From: Nemertoderma westbladi | Lineage: Eukaryota > Animalia > Xenacoelomorpha | NCBI GenBank assembly: GCA_032718475.1 | Contig: JAUCBJ010007559.1 | Location: forward strand, 1 to 51,963 | Direction of reading: 5' to 3' | DNA: 51,963 nucleotides | Part shown: one piece after another, positions 48,861 to 51,963 of the stretch | How positions within the stretch are numbered: position 1 is the first letter of the stretch | Layout of the letters: the number at the start of each line of letters is the position of its first letter | Position numbers and translations under genes: made by a program | The notes under the pieces: model-generated | The model's database searches: none | Seen by the model: the letters and a program-made list of their open reading frames with translations, nothing else | What the model was told of the DNA's origin: nothing

Positions 48861-49149
48861 TTTGGTCCTATTTTGTCCAATGCATCGTAATGCAGCCTTA
48901 CAATGGGGGTTGTATTGTACCTACGCCAGGCCTACAATTGAACATAACAGTTCGATATGGTGTCCCTATCTTGATAAGATATAAACATATTGGAACGTAC
49001 CCAGCACTCCTTTAGCCGTTATCTTCCCAGTATGTTTGGTCTCAGCTGTAAAAATAGATTAGATAAGCTTGATGCGAAGCCTCTGGAATATCGCAGGATC
49101 CTCATTGACCTGGTCGAAAAATGTTCAAGATTATAACGAACCTGGCTAT

Positions 49150-49224
49150 AGGCCAGGGTAGTTCTTGTCAAGAGTTGAGCCGTTCAAAAACACGATGTGG
49201 ATATGTGTGTGTGTGTGTGTGGGG

Positions 49225-49255
<31 letters not shown>

Positions 49256-49934
49256 TGTGTGTGTGTCTGAATGTATAACCATCCAATATCTCAAAAACTC
49301 AAGCAGGTACGCAAAAATTTAATAACAAACTCTACATAAATTTTGGTTGCGCACAAGACTGTATATTTTTTGTTGCGTTTTGATCACTAGGTCACTGAAA
49401 AATAGTGGTTTTGAAAATTTAAAGTCGAATTTCACCGATTTCAACTCGTCGAGTATGCACCAACTTTTTTATTTGAGATATTCAGTTATCTGAGCAACAT
49501 ATTTGCGCCTCAGAATCTTTTCAAATATCGCCAATCTCGCACAGAACGTCGCCAAAATTTGTTAGTCCGGCAAAAAAACGCACAAATTCGTCTAAAAGAG
49601 TAAATTATTTAGTTGCGGAATAATATGATTCAACTTGAAAGCCAGCCAGCTGGCTGTAAGGAGACCCTCCATAGACAAACGTAGTGTTAGTTGGGTCCCT
49701 CCTCATTCATTATCATCAACTCCCTCCCACCTAACATAGCAGTGAGTAACCTTATAGATTATTGTCATAGGATTCACTGGGAAGAGCTATTCATCTGGTG
49801 GGGTAATACATTATACAAACTTACAGTTGATGTTTGATTACTGTCTGGGTTAGAGTGATATAGTAATAAATTTGGCAAGTAATATACTTCTGTGCAGTTT
49901 GGGCTATCCATTCAATAAATAGTAGTAGCTTACT
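49150..49934. repeat. Dispersed composite repeat, copy 2, with expanded (GT)n
   Basis: Matches about 19690-20400; longer GT microsatellite at about 49204-49266. Confidence 0.85.
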
Positions 49935-50057
49935 TGCTAGATCATCCGGATCTTCAAGGCCAGTGTCCTTTAAGATGCGTCTCAAGAAAGTCATGGGCTG
50001 TCCACCATGCTTATTCACTCCATGAGGCTGCCAAAGTACAAGATTATGCTCTGGCTG
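49935..50057 (-). mobile_element. RTE-type LINE 3' fragment
   Basis: VLWQPHGVNKHGGQPMTFLRRILKDTGLED is nearly identical to about 34275-34397. Confidence 0.9.
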
Positions 50058-50195
50058 TTGTAAATATTGCAATGAAATATCGATAACTAGATACCATGAA
50101 CTGCAAAAAAGGTCCAACTATTGCCCAGACCTATTGCCCAGCTTGGGGCTAAATCAATTTAATTTAAATTACTATTAGCAGACCTTTAATGTTTA

Positions 50196-50259
50196 GTGTT
50201 AACCCTATTACCACTGGGGGGGGGGGGGGGGGGGGGGGCAGTGGTAATAGGGTTAACAC
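50196..50259. repeat. Mini foldback: 21-bp perfect inverted arms around a G-run, TTAA-CCC...GGG-TTAA
   Basis: gtgttaaccctattaccactg / cagtggtaatagggttaacac. Confidence 0.85.
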
Positions 50260-50828
50260 AAATTTCAATTTGACATTATTATATTTTATATATAAATAAC
50301 TTCATTTTAATAGAATAGATTAACTCCGCTCGAAATGTATATAATTAAAAAAAAAACCTAAATATCTGGTAAATGTTTGGGTAAACTACCTATTCTACAA
50401 TATGTGTAATGATAAACAATAGGCCCCAATACTATTTCGGTAATTCTAACACTTCATTTTAATAATAAAATTTCTTAATTAATGTAGATTTAATTATATA
50501 CTTTATTATCCTTCCCATCTCTAGATATAGTTTATCGTAGCGTTCAACCATTAAATAAATTGATTTTGGAACGAGCGATAGATACCGGTAAGGCATATTT
50601 TATTTATTGTCAAATAAAAGAACAGATTTAAGTGAAAATGTTTTTTTGAATTTTTAACAATAAAATGAATTTTTATTGTTTGTTAAGAAGATATATAGTT
50701 GTATTTACTTTACACAGGCTAACCCAATACAGTTGGTTGTTTTTTAGACCTTTTTATTATTTTTAAATTCCATCACCTAACATTCAAAAAGAAAGTAGAT
50801 TGTCCTAGTCTATTTGAAGAATTAATTT

Positions 50829-51023
50829 TTAGTTGCAAAGGTCTTCATCACAGCAAGTGACACTACAAGAAGTGTCTGGAGGTGCACTAGGGTCGCCTCT
50901 TTGTCCAGCACAAATGTAGGTCTCTATTGTGTTGCATTCGGTGTCAGATAGAGGGGCGTCTTTAGGTAAACACATTGGCATTGTGGTTGGAGGGATTCCG
51001 CCATGGTGGACTATGGTCATAGT
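50829..51023 (-). CDS. Ly6/three-finger-like protein, terminal exon
   Basis: tttcag acceptor; ends CSVTCCDEDLCN-stop, the Ly6/uPAR C-terminal signature. Confidence 0.75.
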   Translation of the reverse strand, partial: TMTIVHHGGIPPTTMPMCLPKDAPLSDTECNTIETYICAGQRGDPSAPPDTSCSVTCCDEDLCN

Positions 51024-51177
51024 CTGAAATAATAACATTGTCGTACAATAACACAACAGAGCAATACATTCGAATACAAGAAATTATAATTTAATTTATT
51101 AATTCAATGGGGGGGGGGGGGGGGGGGGGTCATCAGGGCGTGCCAGGGGAGAAATTTGTATGGAAACCTCCATGAAC

Positions 51178-51365
51178 GGAACCATGGACCCTAACTTCTC
51201 TGAATGCCGCCATCCCAGAACCATGGACCCCACCTTGTCTGACAGCCTCCATCCCCGGAACCATGGACCCCGCCCAGTCTGACAGCCTCCATCCGCAGAA
51301 CATGGACCCGAGGACCATGGACCAACTTGTCTGAAAGTCTCCAACATTGGAACCATGGACCCCTA
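51178..51365. repeat. About 40-bp minisatellite in intron
   Basis: gaaccatggaccc...gtctgacagcctccatcc units, about 5 copies. Confidence 0.85.
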
Positions 51366-51555
51366 CTTCTACAAAATGTGACAAAATGTTTTTGTCAAAC
51401 CGGCATAGCATCTCAATGTGCAGTTTCAATGCTGTAGGCCGACTATAGTAGTTGTAGTTAGTGGTTCGACCCATTAAACCTAATCCATCATGTCTGTCCC
51501 CTTCCAAACTATTACACTTGTACAGATAGTCTAATATTTATTGCTGAAGACTTAC

Positions 51556-51629
51556 AACACATCGTACGCAACCATCTCTACTCATTTTTCCATCTGGCCC
51601 GGCACTGTGGCAACTCAAACCGTAGCCAA
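51556..51629 (-). CDS. Ly6/three-finger-like protein, internal exon
   Basis: cag acceptor and gtaag donor. Encodes GYGLSCHSAGPDGKMSRDGCVRCV, in phase with the terminal exon. Confidence 0.65.
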
Positions 51630-51963
51630 CTGCCACAAGTGATGTAAGAATCAATAAGTGTTTCATAATTATTGAAAGGAATTTATACTAAAGAGATTGT
51701 AAATGTTTAATATAATATATGAACAAAATAAATAATATTATTTCAAATAATAATAACAATGCTATAATAAATCAAAAGCAAACGCACAAATGGAACAAGT
51801 TTTCCACGAAATCTGGGGTTGTACGAGAGAGATAAGTAAACTTTGGCTGCATACATTAGGCAGCTGTAAACGGGGGTGTGGGGCTGAACCTGCGAAATCA
51901 TTTAATCAAGGTAACTCCTTTTGTAGTTGGCCGACTCGCTGTGATATGAATGTCTGACAGGCT

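Overview
Repeat-rich animal (invertebrate-like) genomic DNA with spliceosomal introns; no prokaryotic features. Two long minus-strand BEL/Pao LTR retrotransposons dominate. Element A (<1-13168) has a frameshifted gag-pol and its 3' LTR lies outside the window. Element B (35500-47516) has two apparently identical 1252-bp LTRs and a GCTTT target-site duplication, lacks RT and integrase, and is nested in an RTE-type LINE. A third remnant (C) lies at about 24955-26460. All three carry a homologous accessory gene in the env position. In A it encodes a DEDDy-like 3'-5' exonuclease domain fused to three CCHC-type knuckles and a conserved C-terminal domain. A and B lack a TGG-type tRNA primer-binding site; instead the GTAAC-starting sequence after each 5' LTR is exactly complementary to a segment inside its own LTR (9 nt in A, 13 nt in B), suggesting self-priming. 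Host content: a multi-exon GLIS1/3-like zinc-finger gene with an in-frame TAG, and two exons of a Ly6/three-finger-like gene. The rest is LINE fragments, a hAT-type MITE, a tRNA-headed SINE and several tandem arrays. All calls were made by eye; no searches were run.
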